NCBI GenBank assembly: GCA_950097015.1
Contig: CATNEN010000024.1
Span: forward strand, 6,386,001-6,450,000
Direction: 5' to 3'
Length of the DNA stretch: 64,000 nt
DNA from: Macrostomum hystrix
Taxonomy: Eukaryota > Animalia > Platyhelminthes
Positions 25,010-37,647 of the stretch are shown here, one piece after another (positions within the stretch are counted from its first letter, which is position 1; every line of letters begins with the position of its first letter). The position numbers were made by a program, and so were the translations under genes. The notes under the pieces are model-generated. The model saw only the letters and a list, made by a program, of their open reading frames with translations, did not search any database and was not told where the DNA came from.

Positions 25010-25888
25010 TTCACACTTCCCATTACCTAATTATCATACCCATTCACAATTATCCCCCACTTCCCGTTCCCCAATGAACATCCCCTATTCATAATTATCC
25101 CACTTCCCATTCCCTAATAATCATCCCCATTCACAATTATCCCACACTTCCCATTCCCTAATTATCATCCCCATTCACAATTATCCCACACTTCCCATTC
25201 CCTAATAATCATCCCCATTCACAATTATCCACCCACTTCCCGTTCCCTAATAATCATCCCCTATTCACAATTATCCCCCACTTACCATTCCCTAATGAAC
25301 ATCCCCTATTCACGTTTACCCCCCACTTCCCATTCCCTAATAATCATCCCCTATTCACAATTATCTCCCACTTCCCGTTCACCAATGAACATCCCCTATT
25401 CACAATTATCCCACACTTCCCATTCCCTAATAATCATCCCCATTCACAATTATCCCCCACTTCCCATTCCCTAATAATCATCCCCATTCACAATTATCCC
25501 CCACTTCCCGTTCCCTAATAATCATCCCCTATTCACATTTATCCCCCACTTACCATTCCCTAATAATCATCCCCTATTCACATTTATCCCCCACTTACCA
25601 TTCCCTATTGAACATCCCCTATTCACATTTATCCCCCACTTCCCATTCCCTAATAATCATCCCCTATTCACATTTATCCCCCACTTACCATTCCCTAATA
25701 ATCATCCCCTATTCACAATTATCCCACACTTCCCATTCCCTAATAATCATCCCCATTCACAATTATCCCCCACTTCCCGTTCCCTAATAATCATCCCCTA
25801 TTCACATTTATCCCCCACTTACCATTCCCTAATAATCATCCCCTATTCACATTTATCCCCCACTTCCCGTTCCCCAATGAACATCCCA
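25010..25888. repeat. 44/45-bp C-rich minisatellite CCCCACTTCCCATTCCCTAATAATCATCCCCTATTCACAATTAT
   Basis: About 20 copies upstream of DCTN5. Confidence 0.92.
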
Positions 25889-26024
25889 TCTACAACAACC
25901 CTAAATTTCCTTTTACGAGATAGAATCTTTTTATAATAACTAGCACTATCCGTTCTTGGTAATTACTACTTCCCTGGGGACTAAAGATTCTCTCTACAGA
26001 ATCAGCTTTAACAAAAGATACTGA

Positions 26025-27358
26025 ATGGAGCTGCCAGACGTGACTTATAACAAGCCGGAGTACATCGAGACCGCGTCCGGCAACAAGGTGTGCCGATTAA
26101 CCGCCCTGTGCGGCAGCCAGAACATTGTTCTGAACGGCAAGGTCATCATCCAGACTGACGCTGTCATTCGCGGCGACCTGGCCAACGTTCGCATTGGTCG
26201 GAGCACAGTAATTAGCCGTGGCGCAGTGATTAGGCCGCCATTTAAAAAGTTCAGCAAAGGCGTGGCCTTCTTTCCTCTCTACATTGGCGACCACGTGTTT
26301 ATTGGAGAGAACTCGGTCATCAATGCTGCTCAGGTTTGTCATGGATTTCTCAGCTGCCACTCTCCATGAAGATATTCATCTTGACTTCTAAGCCCGCCAC
26401 ACTTGACTCCCAGATCCTCATATTGAGTCTCCACCCACTCCCAGATCCTCATATTGAGTCTCCACCCACTCCCAGATCCTCATATTGAGTCTCCACCCAC
26501 TCCCAGATCCTCATATTGAGTCTCCACCCACTCCCAGATCCTCATTTTGAGTCTCCACCCACTCCCAGATCCTCATTTTGAGTCTCCACCCAGTCCAGAT
26601 CCTCATATTGAGTCTCCACCCACAACAGATCCTCATTTTGAGAGTCCACCCACTCCCAGATCCTCATATTGAGTGTCCAACCACTCCAGATCCTCATATT
26701 GAGTCTCCACCCACTCCCAGATCCTCATATTGAGTCTCCACCCACAACAGATCCTCATTTTGAGTCTCCACCCACCCCCAGATCCTCATTTTGAGTCTCC
26801 ACCCACAACAGATCCTCATTTTGAGTGTCCACCCACTCCCAGATCCTCATATTGAGACTCCACCCACTCCCAGATCCTCATTTTGAGTCTCCACCCACTC
26901 CCAGATCCTCATTTTGAGTCTCCACCCACTCCCAGATCCTCATTTTGAGTCTCCACCCACCCCCAGATCCTCATTTTGAGTCTCCACCCACCCCCAGATC
27001 CTCATTTTGAGTCTCCACTAGCTCCCTTTGATCCTCTAAAAATCTGCTAATGCATGTAGAACTTACGACTTCCCAGATCCTTACTAAACAATTAAGTGTT
27101 CACTTTTCGGCCCAGGTGGGCTCCTTTGTTCACGTCGGCAACAACTGCGTTATTGGCCGCCGCTGCGTACTGAAGGACTGCAGCGCTGTGGCCGACGGCT
27201 CTGTTCTGCCCGCTGAAACAGTTGTTCCGCCTTTCACCATCTTCAGCGGCTCGCCCGGCCAATTAGTCGGCTCACTGCCAGACTGCACTCCTGAGCTAAT
27301 GACTCACCTGACGGAAAGCTATTATCAGCACTTTGTGCCAGCCGCCAGGACCACCTGA
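26025..27358 (+). CDS. DCTN5: Dynactin subunit 5 (p25); exons 26025-26333, 27116-27358; 183 aa
   Basis: [60 protein letters not shown]|VGSFVHVG hexapeptide beta-helix. Confidence 0.97.
26409..27018. repeat. 31-bp minisatellite GAGTCTCCACCCACTCCCAGATCCTCATATT (DCTN5 intron)
   Basis: About 20 copies. Confidence 0.93.
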
Positions 27359-27914
27359 CAATACTGAGAAAACCCATTTTTGTTAGACTGGTTCCGTTTC
27401 TAATTTCAGTCTACACATTGAGATACTACTGAAAAATATTTAGTAAGTAGTGTGCCATGTTTTAAGCGAACACACAAAAATCATAGTAATAGGTTGATAT
27501 TAATATTGACACACAATATCTAGTCCAAGGACTAATAAACAACACACATAATTTGTGTCCATTGCTGATTGCTGATGACTGAGATTGGAAGTTCTCCGCC
27601 TAACTTATATTGTAGGATGGACATGGATTTTGTAGATGGATTGGTTTCGTCTGTTGCAATATCAATAACACTCATGTTTGATCTACATAGAATCTGTGCT
27701 GCCTGCTATAACTATATATTTCTGGTGTTTTGTGACAGCTAATATCTATCATATTTTCATCTCTTTGGATTAGTGAAAATTAAAACTTGGTCCCATCTAT
27801 GTGGTTCCTTTTGGTGTTTTTTGGCTTAAACTTCCCGAATTTATAGCTCTCGTTTGTACTTTTCTAATAAGGAATTCTTTCCATGTACATAATGCGACAG
27901 TTTGTATGCTTAAC

Positions 27915-28310
27915 TGTACATTCGGTCAAGTGTACATTAGGGGTCAGGTGGGGTCAAGTGTACATTAGGGGTCAGGTGGGGTCAAGTGTACATTAGGGGT
28001 CAGGTGGGGTCGAGTGTACATTAGGGGTCAGGTGGGGTCGAGTGTACATTAGGGGTCAGGTGGGGTCAAGTGTACATTAGGGGTCAGGTGGGGTCGAGTG
28101 TACATTAGGGGTCTGGTGGGGTCGAGTGTACATTAGGGGTCTGGTGGGGTCGAGTGTACATTAGGGGTCAGGTGGGGTCGAGTGTACATTAGGGGTCAGG
28201 TGGGGTCGAGTGTACATTAGGGGTCAGGTGGGGTCAAGTGTACATTCGGGGTCTGGTGGCGTCGAGTGTACATAAGGGGTCTGGTGGCGTCGAGTGTACA
28301 TTCGGGGTCA
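27915..28310. repeat. 28-bp minisatellite GTGTACATTAGGGGTCAGGTGGGGTC(A/G)A
   Basis: About 14 copies between DCTN5 and PPP6R. Confidence 0.92.
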
Positions 28311-28828
28311 GTTGGGTCGATTGTAGGTGAGGTAAGTCAAACTGGGTGTATATTAGATTATGGGTAGTGTGGTTTGAGTGTACTCGTACATTAAGGGTAG
28401 CGCTGATTGATAATCGATGATCGATTGATTTGCTAATCAAACTGTTTAACTGTACACTTTGATCCTGTATCGCTCTGCTGCAAATTTAGGTCAAATTTCG
28501 CGAAAAGTACAAACAGAAGTACGCGTAGCAATGTCGATATTAAGCAGAATTTTCATATTGCCATTTACCATGATAGTTTCTTATTGCTTACATACAGATT
28601 ATGCTATTGTATTGCTCTCTGCTTAATTTGTGAGTGCTCTACTTTTGAAATTATATTTGTTTTTCAGTATATGCTTGTCATATATTATTCGCGATATGAT
28701 TAAAATATGTCACAGAAAACTTACGAGTCATTATTTACCTTGTATAGATCAACTGTCTTTTTCATTTTTATTTTATACGGGAACATTAATGGCAGCAAAT
28801 GATAAATTTAAATATGCCTACTATAAAT

Positions 28829-29218
28829 GTCGCCATTTCCATTGCTGATATTAGGGAAATACCGTCATTTCCATTGCTGATATTAGGGAAATACCGCCAT
28901 TTCGATTGCTGATATTAGGGAAATACCGCCATTTCCATTGCTGATATTAGGGAAATACCGCCATTTCCGTTGCTGATATTAGGGAAATACCGCCATTTCC
29001 ATTGCTGATATTAGGGACATACCGCCATTTCCATTGCTGATATTAGGGAAATACCGCCATTTCCATTGCTGATATTAGGGACATACCGCCATTTCCGTTG
29101 CTGATATTAGGGAAATACCGCCATTTCCATTGCTGATATTAGGGAAATACCGCCATTTCGATTGCTGATATTAGGGAAATACCGCCATTTCCATTACTGA
29201 GATTAAGGAACCGCCATG
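28829..29218. repeat. 32-bp minisatellite GCCATTTCCATTGCTGATATTAGGGAAATACC
   Basis: About 12 copies ending about 40 nt before the AG acceptor (29257-29258) upstream of PPP6R. Confidence 0.93.
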
Positions 29219-29352
29219 TCCTGTATAATAATTTCAGTCTTATCTCCTTGATTTGCAGGCCTTGCCGAGACATAATTGCCGAGGACAATCCGACACTGCT
29301 CCGTCATCCATCCACCGTCACCGCCCCGCTTTCTCGCTAGTAGGCCTCAGCA

Positions 29353-32300
29353 ATGTTCTGGACTCCTAACCATGCGCCTAAGCCAACTATAGATCTGTTA
29401 TTTAAGAACGGCGAACCCAACCTTGTTGAAATATTAGACGATGGCTCGGCTGCGCACGAGTGCCGCGGCTACAATGCCCGCCTAATCGACTACCTGGTGC
29501 AGGATTCTGTGATAGACAAGTAAGTGTTGTCATTAAAAGGTCCTGCTATTCTTTGCTTAACGTTACTACCTCTGCAAATACCAATTTCCCGCATAGATTA
29601 GTGGAATACGTCAGCAGCGAACCGGATCCCCAGCTCGCTTTGCAAATTCGCTATAAATATCCCCACCTGGCCTGCGAGCTGCTCACCTGCGATGCTGACG
29701 CAATTAATGACGCTCTGCTGCGTGAGGACGTCAGGCTCGACAGGCTTTGCCAGTTCCTAAGATCCGAGCCGCCTCTGAATCCGCTGACTGCTTGCTTCTG
29801 CTCAAAGGTTAGTTGCCATGCCCTGTCACTCTAGGAATGGTTTAGAGCACTACCCCCTGTCACTCTAGGAATAGTTTAGAGCACTACCCCCTGTCACTCT
29901 AGGAATGGTTTAGAGCACTACCCCCTGGCACTCTAGGAATGGTTTAGAGCACTACCCCCTGTCACTCTAGGAATGGTTTAGAGCACTACCCCCTGTCACT
30001 CTGGGAATGGTTTAGAGCACTGCCCCCTGTCACTCTGGGAATGGTTTAGAGCACTGCCCCTGTCACTCTGGGAATGGTTTAGAGCACTGCCCCTGTCACT
30101 CTGGGAATGGTTTAGAGCACTGCCCCCTGTCACTCTGGGAATGGTTTAGAGCACTACCCCCTGTCACTCTAGGAATGGTTTAGAGCACTGCCCCCTGTCA
30201 CTCTGGGAATGGTTTAGAGCACTACCCCCTGTCACTCTAGGAATGGTTTAGAGCACTACCCCCTGTCACTCTGAGAATGGTTTAGAGCACTGCCCCCTGT
30301 CACTCTGGGAATGGTTTAGAGCACTACCCCCTGTCACTCTGGGAATGGTTTAGAGCACTGCCCCCTGTCACTCTGGGAATGGTTTAGAGCACTGCCCCCT
30401 GTCACTCTGGGAATGGTTTAGAGCACTGCCCCCTGTCACTCTGGGAATGGTTTAGAGCACTGCCCCCTGTCACTCTGGGAATGATTTAGAGCACTGCCCC
30501 CTGTCACTCTGGGAATGGTTTAGAGCACTGCCTCTGTCACTCCTGAAAACTCTCTGGAGTGACTTTGACTGACTCGTCCACCCCACCCTCCCGCGCCCAC
30601 AGATCCTGCAGCTGCTGGTGCGCAGGCGGCCAGACCGACTGCTGCCTCACCTTTGCGGTCGAGCCGACCTGGCCGAGTGCCTTGTTCGACACGTGGCCAC
30701 CGCTGCTGTGTCCGACTTGCTCCTGACCCTAGCCAGCGTCCGTGCCGGCAACTGCGCTGCCGATGATCCTGAAGCTTTCGTTAACTGCGACGCCAACGGC
30801 AATGCCGATTTGAACGGCGAGAGCGACGCTAACAATTGGCAAGGCTCAGCGGACTCGGCTGTTCAGCCTGCCGCAGGCGACTGGCTGGCCGACACAGATC
30901 TGGTCCAGCGGCTCATTGACCGCGTCTGCGGCTTTAATCGCGACGTCGAGGACGACGGTGATGCAGCATCGGCATCATTCGCAGCCGCCCAGTGCACGGA
31001 GGCGCTGCTGCAGCAGTGCCGCGGCGATCTGACGGCCGGCCAGTGCGGCTTCATTGTCGGCTCCGTCGCCCAGCCGCCGCCACGTCGGAGTCGCCTACTT
31101 CACCAGCTGGAGTCGGCCGAAATTGCCGAACGCCTGATGGCCGGCGCTATTCCGGACGGTGACTCCTTGAACTTCAACAAGAGGCCAGATGGTCAGGCCG
31201 CCTTCACTGCCGCCTGTCAAGTTGCCATGTCGCTGCTGACGCCCCCGTCTGAGGCCGGCCCGACCGCTCTGGTGTCACTCTGCGCCGCAATGCGACCCCG
31301 GATGGCCCAGCTGTCGGCGCTGTTGAAGCCACCGGCTGACGCTAAAGCTGTTGGCAGCGGCCTGCTTCACCTGCTCCGTCTTATGCGGACTCTGGCTGCC
31401 TGCGGCGGCCCAGGCCTTTTTATTGTGGCTGAAACTGAAGCTGTGCCAGCCAGCCTGCGGCTCATGCTGCAGTTTCCCTGGTAAGTGTCATTGTCCATGT
31501 TGCTCCAGTCTACTTCCAGTACTTCAGGTCCATTATTATTACAGATAGCACAAATTACCTGCTCCATCCAGGTGCTCATTCCTGCACCAGGCCGCTGAGC
31601 AGCTGTGCCTATGCTCCCTGGCCTATCCGCAGGGCCTCTCACAGCCAGAGGCTGACGCGCGACGCGAATTGCAGCGCCAGCTGATTGTTCATCGGGGTAA
31701 ACAGCAGCAGCAGTCGATTGCGGACGATTTTGATTCGGTTGAAGGCGCGAGTCCAGCGGACCCTGACTGTCGCCTGCCCTCCGTTCTGCTGGCCGCCGCC
31801 GAAGCGAATCGTCTGGCCCAACTCGGCGGCTCCGGTCGTCGCGGCTACATGGGTCACGTGATTCGCCTGGCCAACTGCCTGAACGCCTGTCTGGCCGTCA
31901 CTCCCATTAATAACTCGACAGCTTCGGAAGCTGCTGGCGAGCCGCAGACCCTGGTCTCGCTGTTCAACCAGTTGGAGCCGCACCTTCGAGAGCGCTGGTC
32001 CGCCTGGTGCCAGACCGAGCTGGCTGAGACCAACGCCCGCAGCTCTGTACCACCGGCCTCTTCAATCATTGGTCAGGACGACGACGACAACGATGATGCC
32101 GTCGACAACGACTGTGGCGAGTTCAACTTCGCTTCGCCGCCGTCGCCGCATCGGGCAATGCAGACGGCCTACGTGGAGTTTCAGGCCAGACAGCTGGCTA
32201 ACAGCATGCCGGAGCAGTTCGGCTTTCAGGAGGACGAGTTCAATGAGGCCTACGACAGGTGCCCGGCTGCCGACATGCCGGAGGATGTGAGTGACACTTT

Positions 32301-33571
32301 GGGAGTTGGGAACTTTGGGAGTCGGGAGTTGGGAACTTTGGGGAATAGAACACTTTATTTAGGGATTGGACCCTTTGGGGATAGCACACTTTGAGGATAG
32401 CACCCTTTGGGGATATCACACTTTGGGGATAGCACACTTTGGGGATAGCACACTTCGAGGATATCACCCTTTGGGGATATCACACTTTGGGGATAGCACA
32501 CTTCGAGGATATCACACTTTGGGGATATCACACTTTGGGGATATCACACTTTGGGGATATCACACTTTGGGGATATCACACTTTGGGGATAGCACACTTT
32601 GGGTATAGCACACTTTGGGGATAGCACACTTCGAGGATATCACCCTTTGGGGATATCACACTTTGGGGATAGCACACTTCGAGGATATCACACTTTGGGG
32701 ATAGCACACTTTGGGGATAGCACACTTCGAGGATATCACACTTTGGGGATAGCACACTTTAGGGATAGCACACTTTGGGGATAGCACACTTCGAGGATAT
32801 CACCCTTTGGGGATATCACACTTTGGGGATAGCACACTTCGAGGATATCACACTTTGGGGATAGCACACTTTGGGGATAGCACACTTTGGGGATAGCACA
32901 CTTTGGGGATAGCACACTTCGAGGATATCACCCTTTGGGGATATCACACTTTGGGGATAGCACACTTCGAGGATATCACACTTTGGGGATAGCACACTTT
33001 GGGGATAGCACACTTTGGGGATAGCACACTTTGGGGATAGCACACTTTGGGGATAGCACACTTTGGGAGATGGGTAACTTTAAGACATAGAAGACTTTAA
33101 CAGATGGGAGACTGGGAAAATGAGAGACTCGGGGCACTGCAGCATCCATGCGCACAATGGCAATCTAACTCGATGCCGCAGGTGGCGCAGCACCTGATGG
33201 ATTTCAGCATGCCGACGCCGGAGAATGCGGAGCAAGCGGCCATGTTCGATCGCGCCTGCAATTCGCGCATACGGCCCTACGAGGATCATCAGGACGAGCC
33301 TGAGCGTTCAGACGACTCCGGTCACGACAGCAGCAGTCCAGATGACGACGATGACGGAGCTTCCGATGCGAAATGTGAGCAATCGGTTGTTGCTAAGCAA
33401 CCGCCGGCCAATCTCGATGGTCACTGCTATTCCGATTCGGAGAACGCCGCTGTTTCAAGCATGACCAACGGAAATCTTGATTGCGAAGTTGGAGCATTCG
33501 CCGCTGTGAATGGCCAAGGAATTGGCGCCGCCTTTCCCGAGATTGACGGCGCTGATCCTTTGGCTGAGTAA
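29353..33571 (+). CDS. PPP6R3: PP6 regulatory subunit (SAPS domain); exons 29353-29519, 29597-29807, 30603-31480, 31572-32286, 33182-33571; 786 aa
   Basis: MFW start, RYKYPHLACELLTCD, LNPLTACFCSK, FPWCSFLHQ, RRGYMGHVIRLAN, WSAWCQTELAETN, QFGFQEDEF; phases 2,0,2,0 are consistent. The paralogue number (R1-R3) is nominal. Confidence 0.92.
29820..30541. repeat. 34-bp minisatellite CCCCCTGTCACTCT(A/G)GGAATGGTTTAGAGCACT(A/G) (PPP6R intron 2)
   Basis: About 21 copies, starting about 12 nt after the donor. Confidence 0.94.
32370..33068. repeat. 16-bp minisatellite GCACACTTTGGGGATA with interspersed variants (PPP6R intron 4)
   Basis: About 43 modules of four main variants. Confidence 0.93.
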
Positions 33572-33654
33572 CACTGAAAATTAATAACTATGATTTATGT
33601 TGATCAGATGTTAGGTAAACTAGGTAGAGACAGTTATTTTGCAGGTAATCTTAC

Positions 33655-33952
33655 TTAATAATAATAATAATTGATTACACCTGCCCCAATTGGGCCAGAT
33701 GTGCAGCCGACAGCACAGCCGCAGTTATTGCGCGGCGTATCAGAAGGCTGCGTACGGCTGTTCAGTCCATGGACTGGGGGGACGCCACACCCACCCTCAA
33801 TTACCCCAGCCAATGCTGGTACCCATTTAACAGCTGGGTGAACTGAAGCAATGTAGAATTAAGTGTCTTGCTAATGGTCACAAATTTTTCCAGTGGAGTC
33901 AGGAATCGAACCCCCGACCTTTAAGTCGTGGTTCCGCCGCTCTAACCACTAG
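33655..33952 (-). mobile_element. SINE family A copy (antisense), just downstream of the PPP6R stop
   Basis: Reverse complement aligns along its length with 4586-4897, including the (AAT)n tail and B box. Confidence 0.88.
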
Positions 33953-34534
33953 GTAAGATTCTTAAGAATCGTTTTAACTGGATTTGCAATAAAAATAATT
34001 GTCAAATAACTGCTTGTCTTCTATCGCTTTCGTCTACTTGTGCCGCTTTCTTTCCAAGTCTTTGATCAAGCCGCATAATTGTTAAAATTCTACTCTAATA
34101 CCGGTAATATTTCCGCTGGCAGGAAGGTGCGAATGTATTATTATAAAGAAATCGTGTCCTATTTTTAGCATCACAAAGCGCATCGTTAAATTGCAGTGCC
34201 AACATCCGGTTAATGGCCGGATCATGTGCAAGTGTGCCTAACCTTGATGATTTTTGTATTGCTTCTGTTTTTTTAACCGGTTGATACTTTGCTACTTTGC
34301 TTTGAGTTTCCTTTCAATCAAGCATGAAAATTCAGGTTCTCAGTCATTTATTCCCCGGCATGGCCCAGCCAACAGTCTATGGCTGTCATTTAACTGGCCG
34401 GGCCAAGAAATCAGTAATTTAATTGACCGGGCCATTAAACGCCACATAGCAAAATTCAAAATTAAGGATAAGCAGAACATAATGAACAGTAATTTATTGT
34501 TCATTCTAAATGGCGTTCATACAGCCATTCTGTT

Positions 34535-35315
34535 GTACTGAACTATTGGCCAGTCTGTTGTACTGAACTATTGGCCAGTCTGTTGGACTGAACTATTGGC
34601 CAGTCTGTTGGACTGAACTATTGGCCAGTCTGTTGGACTGAACTATTGGCCAGTCTGTTGGACTGAACTATTGGCCAGTCTGTGTTGGACTGAACTATTG
34701 GCCAGTCTGTTGGACTGAACTATTGGCCATTCTGTTGGACTGAACTATTGGCCAGTCTGTTCGACTGAACTATTGGCCAGTCTGTTGGACTGAACTATTG
34801 GCCAGTCTGTTGGACTGAACTATTGGCCATTCTGTGTTGGACTGAACTATTGGCCAGTCTGTTGGACTGAACTATTGGCCATTCTGTTGGACTGAACTAT
34901 TGGCCAGTCTGTTCGACTGAACTATTGGCCAGTCTGTTGGACTGAACTATTGGCCAGTCTGTTGGACTGAACTATTGGCCATTCTGTTGGACTGAACTAT
35001 TGGCCAGTCTGTTCGACTGAACTATTGGCCAGTCTGTTGGACTGAACTATTGGCCAGTCTGTTGGACTGAACTATTGGCCATTCTGTGTTGGACTGAACT
35101 ATTGGCCAGTCTGTTGGACTGAACTATTGGCCAGTCTGTTGGACTGAACTATTGGCCAGTCTGTTGGACTGAACTATTGGCCAGTCTGTTCGACTGAACT
35201 ATTGGCCAGTCTGTTGGACTGAACTATTGGCCAGTCTGTTGGACTGAACTATTGGCCAGTCTGTTGGACTGAACTATTGGCCAGTCTGTTGGGCTGAACT
35301 ATTGGCCATTCTGTG
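34535..35315. repeat. 25-bp minisatellite GGACTGAACTATTGGCCAGTCTGTT
   Basis: About 31 copies, intergenic. Confidence 0.94.
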
Positions 35316-36183
35316 GTTATGCAGATGTGTCATTGCACATTATTGTTAAGTTCTCGTTCGGTCCTAAATGTGACTATTTTTCAGCACTTGTTAGACCTCT
35401 TATTAGCCGCCAGCCAATCAGATTGTTGTCTGTCTGCCTATCTATTTGTTGTTTTTCTGTGTCTGCAATCAATGGATTAATCAATCTATTTTTATAGCCA
35501 CTTTGCCTAGTATTCTCTGTGTTTCTGTTTTCCTGTTTACACAAGCATAGTCAAAGCGAGCTACCTTGAAATGCGCGAAGTTTTGTCCCAAAATGTTTGC
35601 AAATTGTGCAAAAGTGCTTTGAAACACAAAGAATGATAATGCGTTGAATTTTGCGAAAATTGTTTGTAAAAAATTACGTCTGATTACTATAATTAGAGCT
35701 GTAATTACGGTGTTCATTAGTCTATTTTATTAATTGCGCGTCTCTTTTCTCGGGTCCAAGCTCTTTCATTTTGGGTTACTCTTGTTATGCTATTTTGTCA
35801 TAAGTATTTAATATTCTTATTGCAATTTTTTTAATTGGCTTCAATATTTTTGTTTATTTTTAACAAAATTTTCAAATTGGTGCCAAGATTCTTCCACAAT
35901 AGCTCCATAAACATCTGTATTTTATATTAGACAGAGCTTTGCATGAGTTTTGATTCACTTGTTTTCCAGTTTTTTGTATTTTTTTATTGCTACTTTCTGT
36001 GTTGTGCACTAATACTACTAGTATTTCAATACTCGCGTGATTAACAACCTTGATGCCCATTTTAGTTTAAAAATACATATAATTATGTTAATCGCAATTA
36101 TGCTTTGCTAACGAAGTGTACAAAAAGTTCTGTCAATAATTAAAGCATTAATTTGTGCATGAAACTCATTTATCTTGACTTCT

Positions 36184-36765
36184 TGGCTCTGACAGACAAA
36201 GTCACTGAAGGTATTGGCTCTGACAGACAAAGTCACTGAAGGTATTGGCTCTGACAGACAAAGTCACTGAAGGTATTGGCTCTGACAGACAAAGTCACTG
36301 AAGGTATTGGCTCTGACAGACAAAGTCACTGAAGGTATTGGCTCTGACAGACAAAGTCACTGAAGGTATTGACTCTGAGTCTTCTGACAGACAAAGTCAC
36401 TGAAGGTATTGGCTCTGACAGACAAAGTCACTGAAGGTATTGGCTCTGACAGACAAAGTCACTGAAGGTATTGGCTCTGACAGACAAAGTCACTGAAGGT
36501 ATTGGCTCTGACAGACAAAGTCACTGAAGGTATTGGCTCTGACAGACAAAGTCACTGAAGGTATTGGCTCTGACAGACAAAGTCACTGAAGGTATTGGCT
36601 CTGACAGACAAAGTCACTGAAGGTATTGGCTCTGACAGACAAAGTCACTGAAGGTATTGGCTCTGACTGACAAAGTCACTGAAGGTATTGGCTCTGACTG
36701 ACAAAGTCACTGAAGGTATTGGCTCTGACTGACAAAGTCACTGAAGGTATTGGCTCTGACAGACG
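36184..36765. repeat. 31-bp minisatellite GGCTCTGACAGACAAAGTCACTGAAGGTATT
   Basis: About 18 copies downstream of the orphan gene. Confidence 0.94.
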
Positions 36766-36987
36766 GACAGAAAGACAGAAAGACTCAAGAGTCTTGAGTT
36801 CATCAGGACAGACGTCACCAAAAATTTTATAGAAAGTGAAAATTTTATTATTTTTATATTATATTATATTATATTTATATAACAATAATTATACTATTTT
36901 TAAAACCCACCGCTCACATAGCATGACCTACATGTACTCTTAGTATGATTTACCTTGGGTCCAAACCTAATCAAAGCTTGATTGCAT

Positions 36988-37311
36988 TTAAGTCAATAAA
37001 TGTTTCGGCAGGAATTTGGACGCTACATAAGCTACCAGCTTGTAGAGAATCGAACCAATCGAAATGTCGTCACTTGACCCGGTACACCGGTACATCTGCT
37101 CCATCAGACGTCGAATCTCTGTCTGCAGGTTGTCTAGGACCTCGCGAGAATCCTTAGAGGTGTGTTCAAGCAAAATGATTCTTTGACTCAGGTCAGCCAC
37201 TGCCCGTCTGAGCTCGCCAACTTGGTCCAGTTGGTTGCGCATCTTCAGATAGTCCATGGCGACGATTCCCAGAGCGATGCCGATCATGCAGACAAGAACA
37301 GGTTTCATCAT
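36988..37311 (-). CDS. Small orphan protein, 107 aa: N-terminal TM/signal segment, coiled coil, amphipathic C-terminal helix
   Basis: GC-rich ORF in AT-rich flanks, preceded by a pyrimidine tract and AG acceptor (37342-37341); MMKPVLVCMIGIALGIVAMDYL, then heptad-like LRRAVADLSQRIILLEH and VLDNLQTEIRRL. No family recognised. Confidence 0.6.
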   Translation of the reverse strand: MMKPVLVCMIGIALGIVAMDYLKMRNQLDQVGELRRAVADLSQRIILLEHTSKDSREVLDNLQTEIRRLMEQMYRCTGSSDDISIGSILYKLVAYVASKFLPKHLLT

Positions 37312-37647
37312 CGTGATGACCCTTTGATGTTGGAGCCTGACTTCAGGAGAGATGAGACACGAGATCGATAGATGCGACACTGGAGGGATGATACGAAATT
37401 ATCCAATTAAATAAATATTAATGAAGATGTGGGCAAATCGTTTCATCCCAAACTATCCCAACCTGAGTTATAAGCAGTACTGTATACACCTCTAAATAAT
37501 ATTATGAGGAATAATATTTCTGTAAATTGGCTGCTCTTAGCTCAAAATGCCAAAGAAAATCCTGACTGTGCAGCTCATGACTCTCCTCTTAGAAAGGAAA
37601 AATAGGCCCAGTAAATTTATGTTAACACGAAGTTAAGTCGTAGTAGC

